Origin: a virus
Lineage: Duplodnaviria > Heunggongvirae > Uroviricota > Caudoviricetes
Length of the DNA stretch: 64,000 bases
Reading direction: 5' to 3' (one strand)
IMG/VR virus record: IMGVR_UViG_3300028042_000002
Location: 2,050 to 66,049 of that record
Position numbers and translations under genes: made by a program. The notes beneath the pieces are model-generated. The model saw only the letters and a list, made by a program, of their open reading frames with translations, did no database searches and had not been told where the DNA came from. Numbering within the stretch: the first letter of the stretch is position 1; the number at the start of each line of letters is the position of its first letter. This document shows, one piece after another, positions 48,495 through 58,655 of this stretch.

Positions 48495-49439
48495 ATGGAT
48501 ATATTACATAATCAAAGTTTCAAATTTTCATTCCCTCAATTTCTATGGTTTCAAGCTGTAGTTGAAGGAATTAATGACCCTTTAAAATTGGGTAGAGTTC
48601 AAGTTAGAATTATTGGATATCATACAGATAATAAAACATTAATTCCAAGTGAAAATTTATTATGGGCAAGTGTTTCATCATCAATAAATAGTGCATCAAT
48701 GTCAGGAATTGGTCAATCTCCAACTGGATTATTAAATGGTTCATGGGTGTGGGGATTTTTCATGGATGGTGAAGATTGTCAACAAGCTATGATAGTAGGT
48801 TCTTTGCACGGGGTTTCTACTATAAATGATAATTCAAAAGGTTTCAATGATCCTAATGGCGAATACCCTTTACCACAATTTCTAAATGAAAGTGATGTTA
48901 ATAGATTGGCTAGAAATGATAATATTATTGATACTATTATTAAAGTTAAACAAGATAATGAAGATTTAAATGTTCAAACTGCATTTAATGTAATATTTTC
49001 ACAACCCGCCACTCCTAACTATCGTAAATACCCTAAAAATCACGTAAAAAGTACTGAAAGTGGGATAATTGAAGAATTTGACGATAGTGATAAACAGGCT
49101 AGATATCATCGTTATCATCCAAGTGGCACATTTACAGAAGAACATTTCAATGGTGATAAAGTTGTTCACGTTAAAAATGATAAATATGAAGTGATATTCA
49201 AGGATGATAATTTACACGTTAAAGGTAAAGTTAATATTACGGTTGAAGGAGATGCAAATATTAAAGTTAATGGTAATTCAAATAATGAAATTATGGGGAA
49301 TTTAAATCAATATGTTCATGGTGATTACCAATTAAAAGTTGATGGTGATATTAAAATTAAATCAGGTGGTTCAATTTGGCAAAATTCAGATAGTAAAATA
49401 TTCTTAAATTGTTCTGCACCTACGATAACATTTTCTTAA
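48495..49439 (+). CDS. gp5: baseplate central spike (gp5-like, OB fold plus beta-helix, no lysozyme)
   Basis: VVE..NDPLKLGRVQVRIIGYH, GSWVWGFFMDG, YP.NHV..TESG..EEFDD, HPSGTF, V.G repeats. Confidence 0.93.
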   Translation: MDILHNQSFKFSFPQFLWFQAVVEGINDPLKLGRVQVRIIGYHTDNKTLIPSENLLWASVSSSINSASMSGIGQSPTGLLNGSWVWGFFMDGEDCQQAMIVGSLHGVSTINDNSKGFNDPNGEYPLPQFLNESDVNRLARNDNIIDTIIKVKQDNEDLNVQTAFNVIFSQPATPNYRKYPKNHVKSTESGIIEEFDDSDKQARYHRYHPSGTFTEEHFNGDKVVHVKNDKYEVIFKDDNLHVKGKVNITVEGDANIKVNGNSNNEIMGNLNQYVHGDYQLKVDGDIKIKSGGSIWQNSDSKIFLNCSAPTITFS

Positions 49440-49551
49440 CTATTTTTATAAATTTATCCAGTTTTTAATATTTAGTATCTTGTATATATTAAAATGAGAA
49501 AAAGATAACTTGAAAATATTATTAATTTCATCATTGGTTAATGGTTTAATT

Positions 49552-49836
49552 TTATTCAACATTGGCAAGCACCTCTTTAAGACTTAATATAAAATTATAA
49601 ACTATGACACTTTCATGTGCATTAATATCACCATTGAAATTTATTTTATATTTTGTCATGCTATGGTCACGTTCAATGGTTATAAAGAATTTATCATAAT
49701 TTTCTAACACCAAGTCAAATTTAATATATTGATAATCAGTATCAAATTCTAATCTTCTAACTTTTAACGGGGTAGTTTTTAACAAATTAATAATATTAAT
49801 GTATAAATTATCATCCATTAGATTTAAAGCTTTCAT
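49552..49836 (-). CDS. hypothetical protein
   Basis: 94-aa ORF, AGGTAAA RBS. Confidence 0.65.
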   Translation of the reverse strand: MKALNLMDDNLYINIINLLKTTPLKVRRLEFDTDYQYIKFDLVLENYDKFFITIERDHSMTKYKINFNGDINAHESVIVYNFILSLKEVLANVE

Positions 49837-49840
49837 TTAT

Positions 49841-50458
49841 TTACCTGATTTGTTTAAAGTAATTATAGTCAAAATAATATTGTTTATATTGCACCTCAAT
49901 AATTTTATTGGTATTATATAAAGTTTGCTTAAATTCAATAAATTTAGTGTTTAATTTTCTTTGACTATATAACCATGACGTTAATTTATTAAAATTACAT
50001 AAAAATTGTCTATTTATATCATTATTTGATTGGATTGTTAATATTTGAAATTTGAGTGAGGTATCATCATTTGCATAAAAAATTGCATCTATTTCCGTAT
50101 CATGAGATAAGTTTAATAAATCCATTAATTTTATAAGATGTATAGGTTTTTTACTATAATAAAATTTTAATATGTCACCTTTAGTAATTATATATTTATA
50201 TAATGTTAGATACTGATATACGAGGTGGTATGTTACCTCAACATTAAAATATACTGTATGTGTATGTTCCAGCTTAATAAGTCTTTCATATTTGTTTAAA
50301 TCTACAAGTTTTAAATTAAAATAATCTTTAAGGTTATGATAATCCTTTCTATAATAAATAATATTACAACATTCATCTTGATACTTAATAATTGCCGAGA
50401 TTTTATCATGTTCATAAATTCCATAACCTACACTAATTTTAATATTCCCCATATTCAT
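49841..50458 (-). CDS. hypothetical protein
   Basis: 205 aa; ATGGTATAAT and AAGGTAAA upstream on the - strand. Confidence 0.7.
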   Translation of the reverse strand: MNMGNIKISVGYGIYEHDKISAIIKYQDECCNIIYYRKDYHNLKDYFNLKLVDLNKYERLIKLEHTHTVYFNVEVTYHLVYQYLTLYKYIITKGDILKFYYSKKPIHLIKLMDLLNLSHDTEIDAIFYANDDTSLKFQILTIQSNNDINRQFLCNFNKLTSWLYSQRKLNTKFIEFKQTLYNTNKIIEVQYKQYYFDYNYFKQIR

Positions 50459-50511
50459 TTTACCTTATAAATTCTAAAACATGATTATACCATATAAATA
50501 TTAAATAAAAC

Positions 50512-51282
50512 ATGATTACTAAATTAAACGATTTAACAGATTACGATATTAATTCAGGTGTAGTTGAAAATACATCAATATTTAAAGCCAATGGTAAAAG
50601 TTTAGAGCTATCTCAAAATGATTATATTAGTAAAGATTTAACTAGATTTTCAAATGAAACATTTACCACATATTTTAGAACTAATCAAAGTAATAATTTT
50701 AAATTCCAATATTTATTAGGGTGTGATAATTTAGGAACTGGTCAAGCGTTACGAATTGATGGAACTGCAACAACTTTACACTTTAGAATTGTTAATATCA
50801 CGACTTATGGCAATCCATCTTACGATAGTGTAATATTTGAGAAAGATTTCTTTAACATTTTAAATATTAATGATGATTTATGGTATAAAATAACAATTAT
50901 TATATCAAACAATAAATTAAGGGTATTATTTGATGGCATTATTTTAATAGATATTATTAATTTTACTCCGACTGATAATTATTATGGTTATAGTGCAATA
51001 AACAGTACAACTTTAACGTACATTTCTGATATTAATTATTATATTGACCAAATATTTTATGGTAATATTAATTTAAATGGTACACCAGATGATAATGGTA
51101 AAATATTAATGGCAAGTCAAGATACAATGTCCATACAATACATTGAAAATAGTGATATTAATGGTAATTGGATGATTTTTAATGATGGAAATCCTATAAA
51201 TTTTAATAAATATGTTTTAATTGGATATTTAAATGATAAATCATCATTACAACCTCGCGGAATTGGTAATATTACACTATGA
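50512..51282 (+). CDS. concanavalin/lectin-like virion protein
   Basis: WYKITIIISNNKLRVLFDG beta-sandwich motif; late promoter at 50493-50500. Confidence 0.6.
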   Translation: MITKLNDLTDYDINSGVVENTSIFKANGKSLELSQNDYISKDLTRFSNETFTTYFRTNQSNNFKFQYLLGCDNLGTGQALRIDGTATTLHFRIVNITTYGNPSYDSVIFEKDFFNILNINDDLWYKITIIISNNKLRVLFDGIILIDIINFTPTDNYYGYSAINSTTLTYISDINYYIDQIFYGNINLNGTPDDNGKILMASQDTMSIQYIENSDINGNWMIFNDGNPINFNKYVLIGYLNDKSSLQPRGIGNITL

Positions 51283-54200
51283 ATTTAAAACAAATTATTG
51301 ACCTTGCTGAACCTTTAGCATTTTGGCGTACTGAAAATTATAGTAATAACAATGTATTTGATGAGTATTTAAATTATACACTTGTTAATAATAATGCAAT
51401 ATTAGCAGAGAATGGTTCAACTAATCATAACCTCGCATCAAAATCAATAAATTTAAGAGGTGGATATCTTGATTTAGTTGATACGACATTTTTAAATAAT
51501 GAATTAACAAGTTTAAATTGTATTATATCATTTAATTTAATGGTAACTGCCACCGTAATAGGATTTAAACCAATAATATCAAAATGGTATAATAATCAAA
51601 GTTTTATTATTGGATTTGAGAATGGTTCATTGATGGCTAAAGTTAGAACTAATGCAGGATTATTAGAACTTACTTTATTAGATGATATTATCACATATTC
51701 AGGAAGATGGAATAGAATAAGTTTAAGTATTAATAGTATTAATATTACATTTAAAATCAATGGGTTAGAAGGATTTAATAATAGTATAAGTACTGTTAAT
51801 AATGGATCACCTATTATATCATCAAATACCAATTTTAGAATTGGTGGTCAAGGTGGTGATACATTAACAACCGATTGTTATATTAATGATATTGCAGTTA
51901 CTAAATATTATGAAAATTTTGATAAAGCTTCACATATTCTTACTCGAAGTGTTGAAGAACGTATATTAGATTTTCAACCATTGTATTATTTTAATATTGC
52001 AGATAGTTTTAATCTTAATCCATCTTTACCAATTGAAAATAAAGGCACTAAAGGTGGAAATATTAAAGGATATTTATCAGGTGTTCCGATTAATCAATTT
52101 TCAAGCACAACTTTAGAAAATGAATATAATGAAAATGGTGTAATTATACCTCAAGGTGGCTATTTTACTATTGATAATGATTTACAATTAGATTTTACTA
52201 TTGATAATAATGTTTGTATTATGTTTCAAGGTGGAATAAGTGATCCGCTTTTTAATGTAAATTATACCACATTCCCATTTAAAATATATGAATTTGCATT
52301 AAATAAAAATAATAATGCTTGGAGACTTGAACAGGGTATGGGGTGGAACGGTGAAAATGGTTATACTCGAACATGGTCATACGATGGAAATGGAAATCAA
52401 TTAGTTAAACTTAATACAACTAATGCTGACCAATCACCTCAATTATGGCGTAAATTTGGTATAAAATCTTTTAAACTTGGTGGAAATAGTGGTAATATTA
52501 ATTCATTATCAACACCTTATTATTCAAATGTAATAGAATTTGATATTAATAATAAACCTGCTGGACTTTATCAACCATCAACACTTGGATATAATAGATT
52601 TTTTTATGATGCTGGAACAAGTCGCAATATGGATTATGTATTATCAAAATTAATGATATTTAATCGTATTGTTAATAATGAATTAATATCATACTTGCAA
52701 TATCCTACTATTATGATTAAAGATGAATATTTTAGAAGTGTAATAAAATATATTTCATATACGGGTAGAACGTGTGTTACAGATTATGAACCATTAAATT
52801 TATTTCTTGATTATGATGGACAATTGACAAGCTCATTATATTCATTAGATTATACTGGTAGTGAGAATATTACACCCAATATTATAGATAATTTATATAA
52901 TAAAAATAATATACATAGTTCTAGTGTTTATTTGGCTGATAATACTAAATTCACATCCCAACACACCACAGTAAATACAAGTTTAAATATCAATAAGAAT
53001 AATATTCTTGTATCGTTTTTTGTGCATAATATTAATAATACAACATCTTATAGATTGTGTATGTTAGATAATGGTGTATTTATAGATAATAATACTAATG
53101 AATTTGTTATTAAAATTAACTCTAATAATGGCAATTTCTCATATGGTGATATTGAAGTTGCATATAAAAGTGAAGATCTATTATATACATTTTATTCATC
53201 ATCTAAAAAAGTTAAAAATGATGGATACCATCTTGTAACATTATATCGTGAAGGGTTAAAAAATGAATTATATATTGATGGTGAATTAGATACAACTTTT
53301 ATTACTCCAACTATTTATGAACCGTTAAGTGGTAAAAATTGGAGATTTTACGGGGGATCTTGTTATATTAGTAATATTCATATTTCATTCTTTGCTGATA
53401 ATATAACAAGTAAGACAATATTTGAATATTTATTTAATGGATTTGCTGATATTCTTAAAGGTGAAACTACTATTGATAATAATAACATTCAATCTAATAT
53501 GTTTATTATGGATGAAGAAAGTAAACAAATTATTCATCAATCAGCAACTGATATAAATGGTAATTTTGATATTAATCTTAAAAAAGGTATTGATAATTCA
53601 TCATTTTATATTATTGCCACTCCAACTCATGACAATATTACAAATAATATAGTTGTTCATGGTTCATACGCTTCAAATGTAACTTATTCTAAATTAATTG
53701 AAGAACAATTTGAAGAAAATGTATCAGAAATGATTATTGATATGCAACCTTTGGCGTATTATCAATGTAATGATGTTTCAGGTGTAAATATTATTGACAG
53801 TATTGGAACTATTGGCAATGGTATTATAAGTGGTACAAGTTATACCCTTGATAATGATGGGATAAATGGTAAATCTATATATCTTGATGGTGTTGATAGT
53901 TTTATAGATTTACCTGATGGGTTTAATGATTTTACTAATGGGTTAACATTTGAATATTGGGCTAAAGATGAAACAGTTAAAAATGATAGTAGAATTGTTG
54001 AAATTGCAAGTGGTGCTAATGGTGTAAATAGTATTTCATCGCATCGTAATAATTCAACTAATAATTTAAAATTTGATGCAACTGGAACAGGTTCTAATAT
54101 TAATTTATCAAATATATTAGAGTTGGGAGTTTGGAAACATTATGTTATGAGGATATTACCTAATTTTACTAAAGAATTATGGGTAAATGGTAATCTTCAA

Positions 54201-55055
54201 TCAACAGTTGCTGGAACTTCATTACCTGTAACAATTTTAAGAACATTAAATTATATTGGAAAATCTACTTATAGTGGTGATGATTATTATAATGGATATA
54301 TTTCAGACGTTGCTATTTATGATTACCCTTTATCAATTGAAGATATTAATAAACATGCTAAAAGGTCATTCACAACCAGTGCTATTACATTAAAATCAAC
54401 AATATTAAATGATAATGCAACAGTTTATTACACTTTTGACAGATTAAAAACTATTACCGAAGAGTTGGACAATATTAATAATAATCTTTCCCTTAATGGT
54501 AGTGTAATATATGATAAGAATAGTATTGTTATTAATCAAGGAGTTGTAGGGAATAATTACCTTTTTAATAATAATGTTCATGTTAATCCGCAATCTACTA
54601 ATTTATGGAGTATTGAATTTTCATTTAAGACTATTAATAATCATGCAACTAATGGTGTGATAGTTTCAGAATGGAATGAAGGTTTAGCAACTGGTACATT
54701 TAAAATACAATTAGAAGCGGGTGGAGTATTAAAATGTTATCTCAATAATTCGGCTGTAAGTATTAATGCTACCTCATTTGATTATAATAATAGTAAATTT
54801 AATCATGTTGTTTTAATATGTGAAAATAATAACTTTGAATTATTTATTAATAATGTTTCACGTGGAACATTGTCTAGCAGTATTGTATATTCTAACAATG
54901 AATTTACTGTTGGAAATTGTGAAGACCATTTAGTTAGTACATATTTAGAACATGAAACCCATATTGATGATTTAGCAATTTATGAGCATGTATTAACACC
55001 TCTACAAATTGAAACCCATTATAATAAATTTGTGGAAAAGAAAGATACATTATAA
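51279..55055 (+). CDS. multi-LamG (concanavalin A-like) domain virion protein
   Basis: repeated P.A.W/Y...., W.H.., LYIDG/LWVNG, ISDVAIY/IDDLAIY modules. Confidence 0.8.
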   Translation: MNLKQIIDLAEPLAFWRTENYSNNNVFDEYLNYTLVNNNAILAENGSTNHNLASKSINLRGGYLDLVDTTFLNNELTSLNCIISFNLMVTATVIGFKPIISKWYNNQSFIIGFENGSLMAKVRTNAGLLELTLLDDIITYSGRWNRISLSINSINITFKINGLEGFNNSISTVNNGSPIISSNTNFRIGGQGGDTLTTDCYINDIAVTKYYENFDKASHILTRSVEERILDFQPLYYFNIADSFNLNPSLPIENKGTKGGNIKGYLSGVPINQFSSTTLENEYNENGVIIPQGGYFTIDNDLQLDFTIDNNVCIMFQGGISDPLFNVNYTTFPFKIYEFALNKNNNAWRLEQGMGWNGENGYTRTWSYDGNGNQLVKLNTTNADQSPQLWRKFGIKSFKLGGNSGNINSLSTPYYSNVIEFDINNKPAGLYQPSTLGYNRFFYDAGTSRNMDYVLSKLMIFNRIVNNELISYLQYPTIMIKDEYFRSVIKYISYTGRTCVTDYEPLNLFLDYDGQLTSSLYSLDYTGSENITPNIIDNLYNKNNIHSSSVYLADNTKFTSQHTTVNTSLNINKNNILVSFFVHNINNTTSYRLCMLDNGVFIDNNTNEFVIKINSNNGNFSYGDIEVAYKSEDLLYTFYSSSKKVKNDGYHLVTLYREGLKNELYIDGELDTTFITPTIYEPLSGKNWRFYGGSCYISNIHISFFADNITSKTIFEYLFNGFADILKGETTIDNNNIQSNMFIMDEESKQIIHQSATDINGNFDINLKKGIDNSSFYIIATPTHDNITNNIVVHGSYASNVTYSKLIEEQFEENVSEMIIDMQPLAYYQCNDVSGVNIIDSIGTIGNGIISGTSYTLDNDGINGKSIYLDGVDSFIDLPDGFNDFTNGLTFEYWAKDETVKNDSRIVEIASGANGVNSISSHRNNSTNNLKFDATGTGSNINLSNILELGVWKHYVMRILPNFTKELWVNGNLQSTVAGTSLPVTILRTLNYIGKSTYSGDDYYNGYISDVAIYDYPLSIEDINKHAKRSFTTSAITLKSTILNDNATVYYTFDRLKTITEELDNINNNLSLNGSVIYDKNSIVINQGVVGNNYLFNNNVHVNPQSTNLWSIEFSFKTINNHATNGVIVSEWNEGLATGTFKIQLEAGGVLKCYLNNSAVSINATSFDYNNSKFNHVVLICENNNFELFINNVSRGTLSSSIVYSNNEFTVGNCEDHLVSTYLEHETHIDDLAIYEHVLTPLQIETHYNKFVEKKDTL

Positions 55056-55076
55056 ATATTAATAAACCACTACAGA

Positions 55077-55136
55077 GTTAATAGTAATATAAATTATTAT
55101 ATATAATAGATTTAGTAATTACTATTAACCTTTTTT
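55077..55136 (+). terminator. long hairpin plus U-tract downstream of a late promoter
   Basis: GTTAATAGTAAT (55077-55088) / ATTACTATTAAC (55118-55129), then CTTTTTT. Confidence 0.7.
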
Positions 55137-55162
55137 ATACAAATATATTGAGATTTACGACT

Positions 55163-55585
55163 ATGCCATCTGCTACAACTTCCGACTTTTTACATCATTA
55201 TCAAATGAAGAAACTTTTTCATGGTATTGATTGGACTAATTTAACTAATATTTATGTTGCATTATTTACCACTAATCCTAATTTAGATGGTACAGGTGGT
55301 GTAGAAGTTACAACCAGTGGTAGTAATTATAGTAGACAAGCTGTTGCAGTTGGATTAGCTCAATGGAATGTAAATGGTTTGGAATATAGTAATGCGAATG
55401 ATATTACATACGGAGTGCCTAGTTCAACATGGGGGGTAATTGTTGGAGCTGGATTATACGATGCGGCAACTGGTGGAAATTTATTATATGTTACAAATTT
55501 GACAACAAGTAAAAGTGTTAATAATGGTGATGGTGCACCGAAAATTTTACAAAATTCTTTACGCGTGACTGTGGCTACATGTTAG
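55163..55585 (+). CDS. small tail-fibre-associated virion protein
   Basis: YVALFTTNP...EV..SNYSRQ, NANDITY, WG.I...GLYDAATGGNLL. Confidence 0.8.
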   Translation: MPSATTSDFLHHYQMKKLFHGIDWTNLTNIYVALFTTNPNLDGTGGVEVTTSGSNYSRQAVAVGLAQWNVNGLEYSNANDITYGVPSSTWGVIVGAGLYDAATGGNLLYVTNLTTSKSVNNGDGAPKILQNSLRVTVATC

Positions 55586-55701
55586 TAAACTCTAATATAC
55601 TAATTTAACGTATAAACATCTTTTATTAAAATATAATACTATATCTTATTTTAATAAAAGGTATAATTCATATACCACTTTAATCAATCGAATTAAAATA
55701 T

Positions 55702-57006
55702 ATGAATTACCAAAAGTTATATAATAATATAATTACTAACGCCCAATCTAAAAACCGCAAAAAATCTAAATTAGAATATTTTGAAAATCATCATATATTA
55801 CCAAGATGTTTAGGTGGTTCAAACGATAAAAGTAATTTAGTATTATTAACATTTAAAGAGCATTATATTGCACACCATTTATTGGTTAAAAATTCTAATA
55901 ATATCATCCATAAATCAAAATTGGCAATGGCATTTAATATTTTAATGAATACAAGTAAAGATAAATTAAATGAGTGTGATAATTTTATAACTATTAAAGT
56001 TTGGAAATTTAATTTACAATTTATCAGACATTTGGAAAGTAGTAAACTTAAAATATCCGCTGCTAATAAAGATAAAATAATTTCATACCAACATAAAAAT
56101 ATTTTATCAGTTATAAAAAGTGGAAAACTTAATCCATGTAATAAAGGTGAATATATTACACCATTTGGTCATTTTTATGGTTCAACCGAAGCTGAATATG
56201 TATCAGGTATAAATTCTAAAACTATATCAAACTGGTGTATAAACAATAATAAAATTATTTCAAATAGAAATATTACACAGTCATATTACCTTAAATCATT
56301 ATCACCATCGCCACTCGGCAAAACATTCAAAGAAATTGGGTTTAGTTTTATAGATTTACAGGGTGTTAATAATAAATATGATAATCGCCAACCTAAACAA
56401 CCTTATACAATGTCAACCGAAAGTAGATTAAAAATGAGTAAAGCTCATAAAGGTAAAATTGTATCTAAAGAAAGTCGTGAACGTATGTCAAAATCTCACA
56501 TAGGTGATAAAAATTGGCAAGTTTCAGGATATTATCAAACACCATTTGGTAAATTTTCATCATCAACAGAAGCATCTAACAAGTGTGATAATATTATACA
56601 CAGCCGAACTATTGTAAATTTTTGCAATCATAACAATAATAAAATAATCACAAGAAGATCTATTACTCGATCAAAATATTTACAATCTTTAACATCATCT
56701 CCACTTGGTAAAACTTATAATGATATTGGATTTTCATTTATTAAAACTAAAAATAATCCAATTAAGCGTAAAACTAATTCATTATATATCACACCATGGG
56801 GAACGTTTAATTCTACTAAATCTGCTGTAAATTATTCAAAAGGGTTAATTAATTCTCCAACATCAATATCATCATGGTGCAAAAAGAACAATAATAAAAT
56901 AATTACAATAAGGTCATTCCAACAATCACCATTTTTAAAATCATTACCAGTTTCTCCGATTGGTAAAACGTTTAAACAAGTTGGCTTTTATTTTGCATCA
57001 GTTTAA
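55702..57006 (+). CDS. free-standing HNH homing endonuclease with NUMOD3-like and repeated DNA-binding domains
   Basis: ENHHILPRCLGGSNDKSNLVLLTFKEHYIAHHLL; ESRLKMSKAHKGK; three Y.TPFG.F.S...A repeats. Confidence 0.88.
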   Translation: MNYQKLYNNIITNAQSKNRKKSKLEYFENHHILPRCLGGSNDKSNLVLLTFKEHYIAHHLLVKNSNNIIHKSKLAMAFNILMNTSKDKLNECDNFITIKVWKFNLQFIRHLESSKLKISAANKDKIISYQHKNILSVIKSGKLNPCNKGEYITPFGHFYGSTEAEYVSGINSKTISNWCINNNKIISNRNITQSYYLKSLSPSPLGKTFKEIGFSFIDLQGVNNKYDNRQPKQPYTMSTESRLKMSKAHKGKIVSKESRERMSKSHIGDKNWQVSGYYQTPFGKFSSSTEASNKCDNIIHSRTIVNFCNHNNNKIITRRSITRSKYLQSLTSSPLGKTYNDIGFSFIKTKNNPIKRKTNSLYITPWGTFNSTKSAVNYSKGLINSPTSISSWCKKNNNKIITIRSFQQSPFLKSLPVSPIGKTFKQVGFYFASV

Positions 57007-57049
57007 CTGACATTAAATATATTAATCCACTATACAACACAATTAAATT

Positions 57050-57475
57050 ATGAATACAATCCATCCAAAAATATACACCACTAATATAAACTCGTCAACT
57101 ATCGGCTACATTGCTTTATTTACTAAAGATGGTAAAGAAGTTTCAACGATTAATACAAATTATGAACGGGTTATTATTCCTTTACCTGTTACTAATGCCT
57201 GCTGGTCTAAGAATATCAAACAAGATTGTCAACCTTGGGAAGACGGTACTAAAATTGTGCAATATTCATACAATAATAATATAAATTTTAATCAACCTAA
57301 ATCAATATGGGGTCACATCTCAGAATTTAGAATATACAATAATAAAATTAATGGTGAATTATTAATAACTAACCATTTTAACAATATATTATTAATTGAT
57401 GAAAATTATGGACATTTATCAATTAATAAAGGTTGTATCATGATAGAAATTAGTACACATCATAATAAACTTTAA
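57050..57475 (+). CDS. diverged paralogue of 55163-55585
   Basis: YIALFTKDGKEV..TNYERV, NNNINF, WGHI..FRIY....GELL. Confidence 0.7.
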   Translation: MNTIHPKIYTTNINSSTIGYIALFTKDGKEVSTINTNYERVIIPLPVTNACWSKNIKQDCQPWEDGTKIVQYSYNNNINFNQPKSIWGHISEFRIYNNKINGELLITNHFNNILLIDENYGHLSINKGCIMIEISTHHNKL

Positions 57476-57545
57476 CCTTTACATTTTATGATTATGGTAT
57501 ATACTATTAAAACCTTAAATATATTAATATACCATAATATAAACT

Positions 57546-58625
57546 ATGTCAATTTATCAACTATTCCATAATGAAATCCTAACTGAATATATCCATAATA
57601 AAAAATCATTTACTGATATTGCTAAAATACACAATCTTTATCGTAAAGGTATCGGAAAATATGTTAAAAGTTTAAATATTATACAAGATGATGATAATAT
57701 ACCACTATTACAATATAACACTACAAGATGTGTATCATATAAACCACAATTAAAAATTCTTAGAGATAAGAAACTTGTTGAGTATGCTTATAAATTACAC
57801 CGTAAAAGTAAAATATGTGCTGAATTATTTGGTGTACATCCTGCATCATTTAATAATACATTACATTACCATAATATCCCAATTATTAAATCTAATAAAT
57901 CGTCTCATGAATACCTTATCATCCAACGTTTAACCAATTTAAATATAAAATGTGTTCATAGTTATAAAGTCCCTCAATCTGCCTTAGAATTTGACATTTT
58001 CTTACCTGATTATAATTTAGCTATTGAAATTAATGGTTTATATTATCATTCACATAAACAGGGTAAAAAAGATAAGCTTTATCATCAAAATAAATTCAAT
58101 CTAGCATTAAAAAATGATTTCAGATTATTACAATATCATGATTGTGAAATTATCAATAGTTTAGATAATGTAATCCAACATATACTAAATAATTTACCGT
58201 TAAAAAGTAGTAAACATAATAAAATAGTTGTTGACCATCCGCAAGCTGATAAATTTATAAAAGATAATAAGGTTAGATTGACTAATATTAATTATAATTC
58301 AACAATAAGTATAGTTGATGATGAAAATAATAATATTTTATATTGTATGTCATTTTCAAACAATCACCTTATTGAATACTGTGGTAAAAATGCAACAGGT
58401 TATCACGATAAAATATTCAACACATTTAATAAACCTATAAAATATTGGTGGGATTGTCGGTTATCTCCTTTAACCTTATTAAATCATGGTTATTATAACA
58501 CACAAGTATCAACGTTGGATGTTGCACATATTGATAATTATAAAGTTACCACCGAACAAAGTAATAAAAATATTGATAAAATTTATAATTGTAATAAATA
58601 TCTGCTTACTTTATATAAATATTAG
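57546..58625 (+). CDS. Hef/Vsr-like (PD-(D/E)XK) homing endonuclease
   Basis: SSHE, LEFDIFLPDYNLAIEINGLYYHS, YHQNK. Confidence 0.82.
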   Translation: MSIYQLFHNEILTEYIHNKKSFTDIAKIHNLYRKGIGKYVKSLNIIQDDDNIPLLQYNTTRCVSYKPQLKILRDKKLVEYAYKLHRKSKICAELFGVHPASFNNTLHYHNIPIIKSNKSSHEYLIIQRLTNLNIKCVHSYKVPQSALEFDIFLPDYNLAIEINGLYYHSHKQGKKDKLYHQNKFNLALKNDFRLLQYHDCEIINSLDNVIQHILNNLPLKSSKHNKIVVDHPQADKFIKDNKVRLTNINYNSTISIVDDENNNILYCMSFSNNHLIEYCGKNATGYHDKIFNTFNKPIKYWWDCRLSPLTLLNHGYYNTQVSTLDVAHIDNYKVTTEQSNKNIDKIYNCNKYLLTLYKY

Positions 58626-58655
58626 CAACCTATAACAACATTATCAATATTATTA

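Larger units (their letters stand above)
16..57505. promoter_or_regulatory. dispersed sigma70-type extended -10 promoters (TGnTATAAT / TGTGGTAnnnT) and AAGGTAA RBS of early cassettes
   Basis: examples at ~2390, 4583, 6376, 17388, 20502 (-), 34473, 36811, 39911, 46314, 50484 (-), 57494; no consistent -35 seen. Confidence 0.65.
1792..58621. promoter_or_regulatory. dispersed T4 gp55-type late promoters (TATAAATA, often extended TATAAATATTA)
   Basis: minus strand: 1792, 2369, 4560, 7940, 16096, 17334, 22130, 24898, 33273, 36822, 48478; plus strand: 4867, 5225, 19237, 28410, 33267, 44104, 44849, 50493, 55051, 58614; most lie 10-50 bp before structural genes; gp55, gp33 and gp45 are encoded in the window. 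Confidence 0.85.

Noticed and set aside
55702..58625. Group I introns hosting the endonucleases
   Set aside because: flanking genes are complete ORFs and the intergenic gaps are too short for intron cores
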